Below, in pieces: positions 8,839-17,507 of a stretch of DNA of 64,000 nucleotides. The notes under the pieces were generated by a model. That model made no database searches, was not told the origin of the DNA, and saw only the letters and a program-made list of their open reading frames with translations. The translations under genes were made by a program, and so were the position numbers. The stretch's first letter is position 1; every line of letters starts with the position of its first letter. The stretch comes from an uncultured Candidatus Saccharibacteria bacterium (lineage in GTDB: Bacteria; Patescibacteriota; Minisyncoccia; Phycocordibacterales; UBA2100). The DNA is taken from positions 266,050-330,049 of the forward strand of contig CAYNRJ010000001.1 in the NCBI GenBank assembly GCA_964399865.1, in the 5' to 3' direction.

Positions 8839-10389
8839 ATGACTGAGGTCAACCTACGCCCACTTAAAGACATCCTCTCCGCGATGGTGAGCAAGGAGAG
8901 CGCGGATGTAGACCTCGTTACGCGAGCCTACGAATTTTCGCAAGCTAGTCACGCCGATCAGAAGCGCTATTCTGGAGATCCTTACTTTTATCACCCTGCT
9001 GAAGTCGGGTATCTTCTTGCTACCGCCGGTATGGATGCTCGCGCGATCGCGGCAGGCCTTCTGCATGACACTATTGAGGACGCGGGTGTGAAGCCAAAAG
9101 ATATCGAAGAAAAGTTCAGTGCTGAGGTGCTTTCTCTCGTCGAGGGCGTGACGAAGCTTGGAACTCTCCGCTATCGAGGGCTTGAGCGTCACACCGAATC
9201 GCTTCGCAAGCTGTTCGCTGCGACAGCGAAAGACATTCGAGTTCTCATCATTAAATTGATGGACCGCCTCCACAATGTACGCACCCTCGAACACGTGCCA
9301 CGTCCTGAGAAACGCGAACGTATAGCACTTGAGACTCTTGAAATATACGCGCCGATCGCCGATCGACTCGGTATGAGCGTTGCGAAACAAGAATTGGAGG
9401 ATGCTGCGTTTCCTCATGCATACCCTAAAGAATACGAGAAAACGCGTGAGCTACTCCGTGAACGCAAGAAAGAGAACGAGGATCAGTTAGAAAAGGTTGA
9501 GAAAGAATTAAAACGAGAGTTCGCGGAAGCTGGGCTTCTAACATTCCGTACAGAGAGGCGCATGAAAGGTATCTACAGCCTTTTTAGGAAACTGGAGCGT
9601 AAAGATTGGGACATCACAAAGATTTACGACATTCTCGCATTACGCGTTATCTTCCCTACGGTAGCGGACTGCTACTCCGCGCTTGGAATTATTCATGGAG
9701 AATGGCGACCTGTGCCAGGTAAAATTAAAGATTACATCGCATTCCCGAAGCCGAACGGCTATCAGAGCATTCACACGACTGTTTACACCGGAGATGGAGG
9801 GGCACTCGAGATGCAACTTCGTACAGAGGATCAACATCGTGAGGCCCTCTATGGAATTGCGTCACATCTCACCTATAAGGAGACTCAGGGGAGCCGAAAG
9901 GAAGGAAAACGCGGTGGACTCGAGTGGGTACGACAATTTTTTCCAATGCTTCGAAGAGCACCTGTGGAGAAGAGTGCCGAGACGGAGTTTGGTACTCGTC
10001 GCACAATCCCAAGTTGGGTAAAAGAGCTCGCACACGCCGATGGCGTTGCAGAAGAGTCAGACGAATACCTTGATACCTTAAAGACCGACTTCTTCAGTCA
10101 TCGCGTATTCGTATTTACCCCGAAAGGAGACGTCATTGACCTCCCTGCCGCAGCGACTCCTATCGATTTTGCGTACGCCGTTCACTCAGATCTCGGGAAC
10201 ACGATGTCGGGAGCACGAGTAAATGGAAAATTAGTATCGCTTGATACATCGCTCCGAAACGGCGACATCGTGGAAGTCATTACAAAGCCAGCCGGAAAGC
10301 CGTCGCGCAAATGGCACGACATAGCAAAGACCAACATGGCCAAGAAATTCATTCGCGCCGCTCTCGCAGCACAACCTAAGAAATTCTAA
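8839..10389 (+). CDS. bifunctional (p)ppGpp synthetase/hydrolase of the RelA/SpoT family (HD, synthetase and TGS domains; no C-terminal ACT)
   Basis: HD motif LLHDTIED, synthetase motifs (RMKGIYSLFRKL, GYQSIHTTV) and a TGS region VFVFTPKGDVIDLP. At 516 aa it is shorter than long RSH proteins. Confidence 0.85.
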   Translation: MTEVNLRPLKDILSAMVSKESADVDLVTRAYEFSQASHADQKRYSGDPYFYHPAEVGYLLATAGMDARAIAAGLLHDTIEDAGVKPKDIEEKFSAEVLSLVEGVTKLGTLRYRGLERHTESLRKLFAATAKDIRVLIIKLMDRLHNVRTLEHVPRPEKRERIALETLEIYAPIADRLGMSVAKQELEDAAFPHAYPKEYEKTRELLRERKKENEDQLEKVEKELKREFAEAGLLTFRTERRMKGIYSLFRKLERKDWDITKIYDILALRVIFPTVADCYSALGIIHGEWRPVPGKIKDYIAFPKPNGYQSIHTTVYTGDGGALEMQLRTEDQHREALYGIASHLTYKETQGSRKEGKRGGLEWVRQFFPMLRRAPVEKSAETEFGTRRTIPSWVKELAHADGVAEESDEYLDTLKTDFFSHRVFVFTPKGDVIDLPAAATPIDFAYAVHSDLGNTMSGARVNGKLVSLDTSLRNGDIVEVITKPAGKPSRKWHDIAKTNMAKKFIRAALAAQPKKF

Positions 10390-11375
10390 ACGCTGAAATT
10401 GCGAATGGAGTAGAGATCGTCTTCATTCGGCTTCGCCTCCTGCTTTACAGCTGGATTTGGACTCTCGTTAGATGAAACCTCGTTCGCTGACGCTACCTCT
10501 TCTGGAGTAGCCGTCTGTGCTTCAGGAACCGGAGATACACTTGCGGCGGTCTTCTGCTCTCGAGACAAAAGGTCACGAATGGCGGCAAGGTCGTCGACTG
10601 AGAAAAATTCGATAAGCACCTTTCCGCCCTGATCTTTTTTCTCGATGCGAACACGGGTACCAAGCGATTCGGTTAACTCACGCTCTAATAGAAGAAGTTC
10701 CGGTGTTAGATCAGGCTTGCGAGCACGCTCTGTCGCTATGCGACGCGCCACTTGTTCGGCATCACGCACGGTGAGCTTACGCGTCATGATCTCGTGGAAT
10801 AGGGTTTTCTGCTCCTCGGGACGATCTGTGAGCATAAGAAGAGGTCTCGTATGACCTTCGTTGATATCACCAGCCGCGAGCGAATTCTGCATCTCTTCAG
10901 GGAGCATGAGAATGCGCAGAGTGTTCGAGACATACTCACGGCTCTTTCCTACCCGTTTCCCTATTTCCGTGTGCTTCAAACCGAATTCTTTAAAAAGCCG
11001 ATCGAATGCCTTTGCTCTGTCTATCGCATTCAAATCCTCACGTTGCAGGTTCTCAATGATCGCAAGCTCCAGTTTCATCCGATCGTCGTCCTCTCCGTTT
11101 CGAATGACAACAGGTACCTGTAAGATTCCCGCTAATTTCGCAGCGCGGAGTCTGCGTTCTCCAGCGATAAGCTCGTATTCGACTGAAATACCCTCTCCGG
11201 GACGCTCTACTTCCTTTCGCGTGACGGTAAGGGGTTGGAGTACTCCGTACTGACGAATCGACTCGGAAAGCGACGAAAGTGCCGTCTCATCAAAGACTTT
11301 GCGTGGTTGAAATGGGTTAGGTTTTATTCGCTCCACTTCCACCCAAAAAATAGCATCGCCGTAATATCCCGACAT
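10386..11375 (-). CDS. parB: ParB/Spo0J-like partition protein
   Basis: ParB N-terminal domain (VERIKPNPFQPRK, GERRLRAA), a helix-turn-helix and a C-terminal dimerisation region. No adjacent parA. Confidence 0.8.
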   Translation of the reverse strand: MSGYYGDAIFWVEVERIKPNPFQPRKVFDETALSSLSESIRQYGVLQPLTVTRKEVERPGEGISVEYELIAGERRLRAAKLAGILQVPVVIRNGEDDDRMKLELAIIENLQREDLNAIDRAKAFDRLFKEFGLKHTEIGKRVGKSREYVSNTLRILMLPEEMQNSLAAGDINEGHTRPLLMLTDRPEEQKTLFHEIMTRKLTVRDAEQVARRIATERARKPDLTPELLLLERELTESLGTRVRIEKKDQGGKVLIEFFSVDDLAAIRDLLSREQKTAASVSPVPEAQTATPEEVASANEVSSNESPNPAVKQEAKPNEDDLYSIRNFSV

Positions 11376-11407
11376 GCCGAAAATTATATCACGCTACTTT
11401 TATATTT

Positions 11408-11532
11408 TGTGCCGGGAGAGAGAATCGGTCACGGGTTTTCGCGTGCTCGCGAAACCCGCTACCCTGCCTCACTCGCCTACGCTCGCTCCGGCCTTCGATT
11501 CTCTGCTCCTTTCTCGCTTCGCTCGAAATTTG
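11408..11532 (-). repeat. tRNA-Leu(CAA) 3' trailer module
   Basis: Read on the minus strand after the tRNA: spacer AAATTTCGAGCGAAGCGAGAAAGGAGCAG, then AGAGAATCGAAG, then a 66-nt insert beginning gccggagcg with gcgagtgaggc and a gggtttcgcg/cgcgaaaccc hairpin, then GATTCTCTCTCCCGGCACA, which is identical to the tRNA 3' end. Confidence 0.6.
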
Positions 11533-11614
11533 TGCCGGGAGAGAGAATCGAACTCTCACATCTTGCGATACACGATTTTGAGTCGTGCGCGTCTACCAAT
11601 TCCGCCATCCCGGC
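11533..11614 (-). tRNA. tRNA-Leu (anticodon CAA), long variable arm
   Basis: Cloverleaf on the reverse strand: acceptor GCCGGGA/TCCCGGC, anticodon loop CTCAAAA, long variable arm, T-arm GAGAG-TTCGATT-CTCTC, discriminator A. CCA is not encoded (the tRNA is followed by CA). Confidence 0.8.
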
Positions 11615-11669
11615 AATGGGCCCGCGAAAGACTCGCGTAGGCGGCCAGAGTGTCTATAATACGCCAGCT

Positions 11670-12569
11670 ATGGGTAAGAAACAAAAGGTGCTGATCCTGG
11701 TGGGACCCACATCCTCCGGCAAAAGCGCTCTCGCTGTCGAGCTCGCAAAGAAGCTAGATGGTGAGATTATTTCCGCTGATTCTCGGCAAGTATACAGAGG
11801 GCTTAATATCGGAACTGGGAAGATTACGAAACGCGAAATGAGAGGGGTGCGCCATCACCTTTTGGACGTCGCATCCCCGAGGCGCATATTTACTGCACAC
11901 GAATACGAGAGCGCTGCACGAAGTGTGATCAATGAAATCGCTGCGCGCGGGAAACTGCCCATTATTGCCGGCGGTACCGGATTCTATATAGATGCGCTCG
12001 TGGGCCGCATTACCCTTCCCAACGTACCTGTAAATACAAAATTGCGAGCGATTCTTGAAAAAAAGACTGCAATGCAGCTGTTTGCCCTTTTAAATAAGCG
12101 AGACAAGGAGCGAGCAAAAAACATAGACCCGCACAACTCACGACGACTTATCCGCGCACTCGAGATCGTATCAGCTCTCGGGTCAGTCCCCCACCCTCCC
12201 GCACATCGTGCTTCGTACGATACTCTGTGGATTGGTATCGAGTCGCCGCTTTCGGAACTTCTAGAAAAGATCAAGGTGCGACTTTCCGCGCGTATAAGAC
12301 AAGGCATGGTTGGCGAAGCAAAGAAGCTTCGAGCAGGTGGATTATCATGGAAACGAATGGAGTCCCTCGGGCTTGAATACCGTGCTCTCGCTCGCCTACT
12401 TCAAAACAAGATCACGAGAAAGGAATTTGAATCAGAACTTCTTGGAGAAATTCGACGCTATGCAAAACGCCAGATTACATATTGGAAACGCAATAAAGAC
12501 ATTCTATGGTTTGAGAAGTTTAAAAAAACTACCATTGAGAGACACGTGCTGGCATGGCTGAAAGAATAA
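11670..12569 (+). CDS. miaA: tRNA dimethylallyltransferase
   Basis: P-loop start MGKKQKVLILVGPTSSGKSALAVELA and the SADSRQVYRGLNIGT motif. The ORF-track 5' extension from 11235 would overlap the tRNA and parB and was rejected. Confidence 0.85.
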   Translation: MGKKQKVLILVGPTSSGKSALAVELAKKLDGEIISADSRQVYRGLNIGTGKITKREMRGVRHHLLDVASPRRIFTAHEYESAARSVINEIAARGKLPIIAGGTGFYIDALVGRITLPNVPVNTKLRAILEKKTAMQLFALLNKRDKERAKNIDPHNSRRLIRALEIVSALGSVPHPPAHRASYDTLWIGIESPLSELLEKIKVRLSARIRQGMVGEAKKLRAGGLSWKRMESLGLEYRALARLLQNKITRKEFESELLGEIRRYAKRQITYWKRNKDILWFEKFKKTTIERHVLAWLKE

Positions 12570-12741
12570 TGCGGGCGATGTAGGAATCTCCTTCGCCTCT
12601 CAGCTCGCCGTCGCTCGCTTCGGACTAGGCACCGCCTCACTGCCTCGCCTGCTGGCTCGGCAACGTTCCGGCGTTCGATTCCTACTCGCGCAATGCGCAG
12701 GCATTGCGCTATCGCACCGCAAAACACTTCGTGTCATTTTG
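12570..12741 (-). repeat. tRNA-Trp 3' trailer module
   Basis: Minus-strand order: spacer with a gcgcaatgc/gcattgcgc hairpin, then TAGGAATCGAAC, then an 85-nt insert gccggaacgttgcc...gcagtgaggcggtgcctag...gaggcgaaggag, then ATTCCTACATCGCCCGCA, identical to the tRNA-Trp 3' end. The insert is about 80% identical to the Tyr insert. Confidence 0.6.
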
Positions 12742-12812
12742 CGGGCGATGTAGGAATCGAACCTACGACGTCGGTTTTGGAGACCGAAGTTATACCATTT
12801 AACTAATCGCCC
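12742..12812 (-). tRNA. tRNA-Trp (anticodon CCA)
   Basis: Acceptor GGGCGAT/ATCGCCC, anticodon loop CTCCAAA, T-arm GTAGG-TTCGATT-CCTAC, discriminator G. CCA is not encoded. Confidence 0.8.
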
Positions 12813-12859
12813 TTCGGTGAAAGTATAGGGCTAGAAGGTGGAAGCTCAAAGCGAGAGGC

Positions 12860-13018
12860 TTATTTCTTGGCTTCTTTGTGCTTCGTGTGAGCTCTGCACC
12901 ATTTGCAGAATTTCTTCAATTCAATCTTGCGCTCCACCAACTTCCTATTCTTGCGCGACCAATAGTTAATGCGGCCGCACTTCTGGCAAGCAATCTTTAT
13001 TAGTTGATCCTGGGACAT
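12860..13018 (-). CDS. rpmG: 50S ribosomal protein L33
   Basis: A 52-aa ORF that is absent from the ORF track. Translation MSQDQLIKIACQKCGRINYWSRKNRKLVERKIELKKFCKWCRAHTKHKEAKK carries the L33 zinc-ribbon CxxC...CxxC. It lies just upstream (minus strand) of tRNA-Trp. Confidence 0.8.
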   Translation of the reverse strand: MSQDQLIKIACQKCGRINYWSRKNRKLVERKIELKKFCKWCRAHTKHKEAKK

Positions 13019-13051
13019 AGCTCAGCACTATACAGAAGTGATTGGAGGGAG

Positions 13052-13576
13052 TCAATCACACAGCGGCTCCCACGGCCTGAGGAGGCCTGCAGGCATTCCG
13101 CTCTCTTCACCGGTCTCCGGATCAGTAGGCCGGTCAGCAAGTAATACGCGCATGAGCGTATCCACCACAAGCCACCCCACAAGGATGATAATAAGTCCGA
13201 CAAACACGTTGGTGAATATGCTTCGCGCTTCGTGCGCCTTACTCGCGCTGCCCCCCGCGGTGACGTGCTTCCAACCGGCCCATGCGAACATAATCGCGGA
13301 GAAAAATATGGCGATATAAATGCCCCCATTTAGCACCCTTTTGGCGAGCTCTCCGATGTGGCAAACGGTGCACTCAGTCCCCTCTTTTACACCATCTCCA
13401 TCCCTATCGATGGCTACGCCGTCACATGGAACTATCTGCTCACCAAACCCCGCCGCAGCAAAGGCGATCGACGGCAACAAGGACATCAGTACGATGAATC
13501 CGAGGACCCAACCCACCGCTAACTTGCGATACATGTGAGATATTGTAACACCAAAAAACATTCGCCCCTCGCTCAC
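13052..13576 (-). CDS. small Cys-rich membrane protein (signal/anchor, CDGVAIDRDGDGVKEGTECTVCH segment, two TM helices)
   Basis: The topology resembles the 2-TM small-protein array at 23.7-26.4 kb. No confident family assignment. Confidence 0.45.
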   Translation of the reverse strand: MSEGRMFFGVTISHMYRKLAVGWVLGFIVLMSLLPSIAFAAAGFGEQIVPCDGVAIDRDGDGVKEGTECTVCHIGELAKRVLNGGIYIAIFFSAIMFAWAGWKHVTAGGSASKAHEARSIFTNVFVGLIIILVGWLVVDTLMRVLLADRPTDPETGEESGMPAGLLRPWEPLCD

Positions 13577-13605
13577 TTTTTGCTTTTAGGTATAATCAAC
13601 CCGTT

Positions 13606-13688
13606 GCGCCGATGGTAGAGCGGTCAAATACGACGCGCTGTAGACGCGTTGCCTTCGGGCTACGGGGGTTCGAATCCCTCTCGGCGCA
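13606..13688 (+). tRNA. tRNA-Tyr (anticodon GTA), long variable arm
   Basis: Acceptor GCGCCGA/TCGGCGC, anticodon loop CTGTAGA, variable arm GCCTTCGGGCTAC, T-arm GGGGG-TTCGAAT-CCCTC, discriminator A. Followed by CA, not CCA. TATAAT at 13591-13596 lies just upstream. Confidence 0.8.
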
Positions 13689-13891
13689 CAAAATGAAAAT
13701 ACCGGCCTCGTGCCGGTCGTTTTCTTTTTGTGGCACGAAGCGAGCTGCCTGCGCAGCTTGCGAGGGGGATTCGAACGCCGGAACGATGCGAGGCGAGGCG
13801 AGTACGCCGAGCCGTGAGGCGGTGCCTAGCCCGAGTCGAGCGACGGCGAGACAAGAGGCGAAGGAGAATCCCCTTCTCTTCTCGGCGCACA
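13689..13891 (+). repeat. tRNA-Tyr 3' trailer module
   Basis: Spacer with a terminator-like hairpin and CACGAAGCGAGCTGCCTGCGCAGCTTGCGAG, then GGGGGATTCGAAC (13764-13776), then a 90-nt insert gccggaacgatgcg...gccgtgaggcggtgcctag...gaggcgaaggag (13777-13866), then AATCCCCTTCTCTTCTCGGCGCACA, which copies the tRNA-Tyr T-stem and 3' end. Confidence 0.6.
13701..13730 (+). terminator. hairpin plus T-run (accggc ctcgt gccggt cgttttctttttg) inside the tRNA-Tyr trailer
   Basis: Read directly from the sequence. Confidence 0.4.
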
Positions 13892-13896
13892 CAAAT

Positions 13897-13925
13897 AAAA
13901 CACCGCCAATTGGCGGTGTTTTATA
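13897..13925. terminator. bidirectional terminator hairpin (aaaacaccgcc aatt ggcggtgtttt) between the tRNA-Tyr region and the clpB 3' end
   Basis: Perfect 11-bp stem flanked by A-runs and T-runs on both strands. Confidence 0.45.
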
Positions 13926-13942
13926 ATTGATGACCCAAGCTA

Positions 13943-16633
13943 TTAAGCTGTTGATCCGATCTTCGCCCGCGCACGAACGCCCCGAGCTCGTTCTGGACCT
14001 TTTCTGACGTCAAAGGTGAACTCCCCGTCTTTGATATCAACGAATACAGAGCCGCCCTCCATGACACCACGAGCCACCATAAAGTTCGCAACTGGAGTCA
14101 TGATCTTCGTCTGGATAAGACGCTTCAGAGGACGCGCTCCATACTGAGGGTTGTACCCTTCTTTTGCGAGATACTCGATGACACCTTGAGATACCGAGAG
14201 CGCGATCCTCTTTTCTTCAAGACGCTTCGCAACGATATCCACCTGCATTCTCACGATATCCATGATTGCATCACGAGAGAGAATGTTGAAGAGAATTATT
14301 TCGTCTAGACGGTTGAGGAATTCCGGACGGAAGACATCCTTAAGGGATCCCATGACCTTGTCCTTCACCTGATCATAGCGCTCTCCCTCAGTCTTTGTAA
14401 GGCCACTGCCGAAACCGAGGCCAGACATTTTATCTATGTGCTCAGATCCGATGTTTGAGGTGAGGATGATGACCGTGTTCTTGAAGTTAACAATGCGCCC
14501 CTTCGCATCCGTTAGTCGTCCATTGTCTAGAACCTGGAGAAGTATGTTGAAGACTTCTGGATGTGCTTTTTCTATTTCGTCGAAGAGAATGACTGAATAC
14601 GGTCGGTGACGAACTAATTCTGTGAGACCACCGCCTTCATCATGCCCTACATAACCCGGAGGAGAGCCGATCATTTTCGAGACTGAATGCTTCTCCATGT
14701 ATTCCGACATATCGACGCGGATGAGTGTCTTTTCACTGTCGAAAAGGAATTCTGCGAGTGAGCGTGTAAGCTCAGTCTTTCCAACTCCTGTTGGTCCAAG
14801 GAAGAGAAAACTCCCTACCGGACGATTAGGGTCAGAGATACCGGCACGACTCCGCTTGATTGCATCTGCGACTTTTTGTACTGCCTCGTCTTGTCCCACA
14901 ATGCGCTTTTTGAGTTCTGCCTCCATGCGAGAAAGTTTTTCCGCTTCTTCCTCAAGCATTCGTGAGACCGGCACCCCAGTCCAGCGGGACACAACAGAGG
15001 CAATATCCTCTTCAGTAATCTCCTCTTTCAACACACGACGTGTCGCCTGCAATTTCTTGAGGCGCTTCGTTGCAGTCTCAATCTCTTTCTCAAGATGAGG
15101 AATCTTCGCATATCGAATTTCTGCAGCCTTCGTGAGATCGACTGCGCTTTCTGCACTTTCTGCATCAATACGTGCTTTCTCTAGCTCATTCTTTGCACGT
15201 TTAATTTCTGCGAGTGTCTCTTTCTCGTTCTTCCATTTAAGCTCGAGCTCGCGTGTTGAATCCTTTAGGTCGGCGACTTCCTTCTCGATGGATTCTGTTC
15301 TTGTGCGGGCCTTGCTTTCGCCTTCCGTTGCTTCCTTCTTTAGAGCTTCGCGCTCAATCTCAAGACGCGTGATCTTTCTGTGCGCGTCCTCAAGAAGCGG
15401 CGGCTTGTTCTCAAGGGAAAGTCTGAGAGCAGAAGATGCTTCATCAATTAGGTCTATCGCCTTGTCAGGGAGGAAACGCTCAGTGATGTAGCGAGATGAA
15501 AGCTGGACTGCAGCTACGATAGCGGCATCGGTTATGTGAACTCCATGATAGAGCTCATAGCGTTCCTTGAGCCCCCGAAGGATCGCGATTGCATCCTCAA
15601 CCGTTGGCTCGTTCACATAGACCGGCTGGAATCGTCTTGTGAGCGCAGGATCGTGTTCGATGTGTCTCTGATACTCCTTCAAGGTCGTGGCCCCGATCAC
15701 GCGGATTTCGCCGCGAGCGAGCGCGGGCTTCAACATGTTGGAAGCATCCATCGAGCCTTCAGCAGCCCCTGCTCCTACGAGAGTATGTATCTCGTCAATA
15801 AAGAGAATGATCTTACCTTCCGAACGCTCAACTTCTTTCATGACTGCCTTCAAGCGCTCTTCAAATTCTCCACGATATTTCGTACCAGCGATGAGGAGTC
15901 CAAGATCAAGTTGGACCAATTCCTTCCCACGAAGCGATTCCGGCACATCGCTCGAAGCGATGCGCTGTGCGAGTCCTTCTGCAACTGCAGTCTTTCCAAC
16001 ACCTGCTTCTCCAATGAGTATCGGGTTATTTTTTGTACGACGGCTAAGGATCTGGATCACGCGAGTTATTTCTGTATCGCGACCAATGACGGGATCGAGT
16101 TTATTCTCGCGAGCGCGTTCGGTAAGAGAGCGAGCGAAACGAGCGAGAGCCCGCGGCTTCTTTGGCTCTTCCACATCGCGAATCTTCCCTTCTTTAATGT
16201 CGGAAAGAACGCGTGCAAGGGTCGCGCGGTCAATCCTGAATCGTGCGAGGATCTCCTGTGCAGGTCCTGGATGTTCTATGAGACCAAGTAGAAGATGTTC
16301 TGGAGAGACGAACTGATCATTGAAGGATGCGGCGATCCTTGGAGCGGCCTCGAACACTCGCACCAATTCCGGTGTCAGGTACAGCTGAAACGACGGAGAA
16401 ACCGTGGTACTTCCCGTTGAACCCTCTATAAGCTCTAAGACAGAATCGGTGAGATGGGCGACGTCTATATCTACCTGCTCGAGCATAGGTAGTACCATCG
16501 ACTCCTCTTGAGTAAGGAGTGCTGCAAGAAGATGTAGAGTGGATACCTGATTGTGCCCCCGCTCTACAGCCAGCTGGTGGGCTCTGTGTATCGCCTCTTT
16601 AGCTTTTGTTGTGTAGTTATGAAATGGAGCCAT
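13943..16633 (-). CDS. clpB: chaperone ClpB (two AAA+ domains with a middle coiled-coil)
   Basis: Clp N-domain, two Walker A sites ([18 protein letters not shown]) and a long coiled-coil M-domain. At 896 aa it is full length. Confidence 0.9.
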   Translation of the reverse strand: MAPFHNYTTKAKEAIHRAHQLAVERGHNQVSTLHLLAALLTQEESMVLPMLEQVDIDVAHLTDSVLELIEGSTGSTTVSPSFQLYLTPELVRVFEAAPRIAASFNDQFVSPEHLLLGLIEHPGPAQEILARFRIDRATLARVLSDIKEGKIRDVEEPKKPRALARFARSLTERARENKLDPVIGRDTEITRVIQILSRRTKNNPILIGEAGVGKTAVAEGLAQRIASSDVPESLRGKELVQLDLGLLIAGTKYRGEFEERLKAVMKEVERSEGKIILFIDEIHTLVGAGAAEGSMDASNMLKPALARGEIRVIGATTLKEYQRHIEHDPALTRRFQPVYVNEPTVEDAIAILRGLKERYELYHGVHITDAAIVAAVQLSSRYITERFLPDKAIDLIDEASSALRLSLENKPPLLEDAHRKITRLEIEREALKKEATEGESKARTRTESIEKEVADLKDSTRELELKWKNEKETLAEIKRAKNELEKARIDAESAESAVDLTKAAEIRYAKIPHLEKEIETATKRLKKLQATRRVLKEEITEEDIASVVSRWTGVPVSRMLEEEAEKLSRMEAELKKRIVGQDEAVQKVADAIKRSRAGISDPNRPVGSFLFLGPTGVGKTELTRSLAEFLFDSEKTLIRVDMSEYMEKHSVSKMIGSPPGYVGHDEGGGLTELVRHRPYSVILFDEIEKAHPEVFNILLQVLDNGRLTDAKGRIVNFKNTVIILTSNIGSEHIDKMSGLGFGSGLTKTEGERYDQVKDKVMGSLKDVFRPEFLNRLDEIILFNILSRDAIMDIVRMQVDIVAKRLEEKRIALSVSQGVIEYLAKEGYNPQYGARPLKRLIQTKIMTPVANFMVARGVMEGGSVFVDIKDGEFTFDVRKGPERARGVRARAKIGSTA

Positions 16634-16639
16634 ACGATT

Positions 16640-17455
16640 TTATTCTACTTTATTTTCTGTTTCCGTCACAAGTTGTTTAAGGAGAGACGTTGAGGCGATA
16701 AAGCCCCCTGGAGATGACGCGCGAGAGACCGAGGTGCTTACACCGATCACTTCCCCATCAGTATTGATAAGGGGTGCGCCCTCTACTATTCCTCCCGGCG
16801 CAATATTTGTATCAATGATTGTACCTACTGGCTCTTTCCCTGGGACAAGAGCTGCTACGAGACCGTCCTCCACGCGCAAGATCGATTTGCCGGAGAATGT
16901 CACAACGCTTTGTCCAAGAAGTGGACTGCCGCCCGCAAGAATCGCCGGTTTTAGTGTAGGGGTAGTCGTCGACAAAGCAGCTTGCAAGAACGTGAGTCCC
17001 GAATCTTTTTCAGAGGAGCCAACGACCGCAGACATGCGTGTACCATCGGAGAGAGCGACAACAACTTCTTTCAAATCCCCAACTGCTGCTCCATCACTTA
17101 CGATAGAGCCTTCAGTACTGAGCACAACTCCAAATCCCAAAAATGTAGCTGTTTCCGCATCGGAGTTATATAGACGTACCACGCTTGGCGAAACGCGCGT
17201 CACAGCCTGAGATATGAGCTCGCTTTCTTTCACGACGACTGTGTGTTCTCGAACAACCGCTGCTGCAGCTCCCTGACTTGCGGGAACGACGGTTTCGACG
17301 GTGCGTTCGATGACACGATTCACCGTTTGAGCAATGACTGGAGGAGCCTGGTCCATGAGCGAGACCGTGACGATACCTGTTGCGATCGAAGTAACGAAAG
17401 AGACAAGGAGAGTGAGGAGGACTATCTGTGATTTGTTGAGTTGTTCAATGTTCAT
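16640..17455 (-). CDS. membrane-anchored trypsin-like (HtrA/S1C-fold) protein, apparently lacking the catalytic His and Ser
   Basis: N-terminal TM then an S1-like fold. Where HtrA has TNNHVV this protein has SDGAAV, and where HtrA has GNSGGPL it has PGGIVEGAPL. Confidence 0.55.
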   Translation of the reverse strand: MNIEQLNKSQIVLLTLLVSFVTSIATGIVTVSLMDQAPPVIAQTVNRVIERTVETVVPASQGAAAAVVREHTVVVKESELISQAVTRVSPSVVRLYNSDAETATFLGFGVVLSTEGSIVSDGAAVGDLKEVVVALSDGTRMSAVVGSSEKDSGLTFLQAALSTTTPTLKPAILAGGSPLLGQSVVTFSGKSILRVEDGLVAALVPGKEPVGTIIDTNIAPGGIVEGAPLINTDGEVIGVSTSVSRASSPGGFIASTSLLKQLVTETENKVE

Positions 17456-17507
17456 GTCACTAGTAGTGTAGCACTCCCGTATACTCTCTGCAAAATGTCA
17501 AGAGAAT

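Noticed and set aside
11235-11669. 5' extension of the miaA ORF, and the 88-aa ORF 11374-11640
   Set aside because: These cover tRNA-Leu(CAA) and its repeat module. A MiaA P-loop N-terminus with a clean ATG begins at 11670.
11408-13891. Explaining the tRNA trailer copies as ordinary integrase attL/attR remnants of a genomic island
   Set aside because: The segments between each tRNA and its 3'-end copy are only 30-85 bp, and the conserved insert lies inside the copied T-loop. A simple att duplication would not produce either feature. The regions are kept as an unexplained repeat family.
13596-13930. Four overlapping 66-104-aa ORFs on both strands
   Set aside because: They lie entirely within tRNA-Tyr and its GC-rich trailer repeat. 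The translations are Arg/Ala-rich junk typical of GC-rich non-coding DNA.
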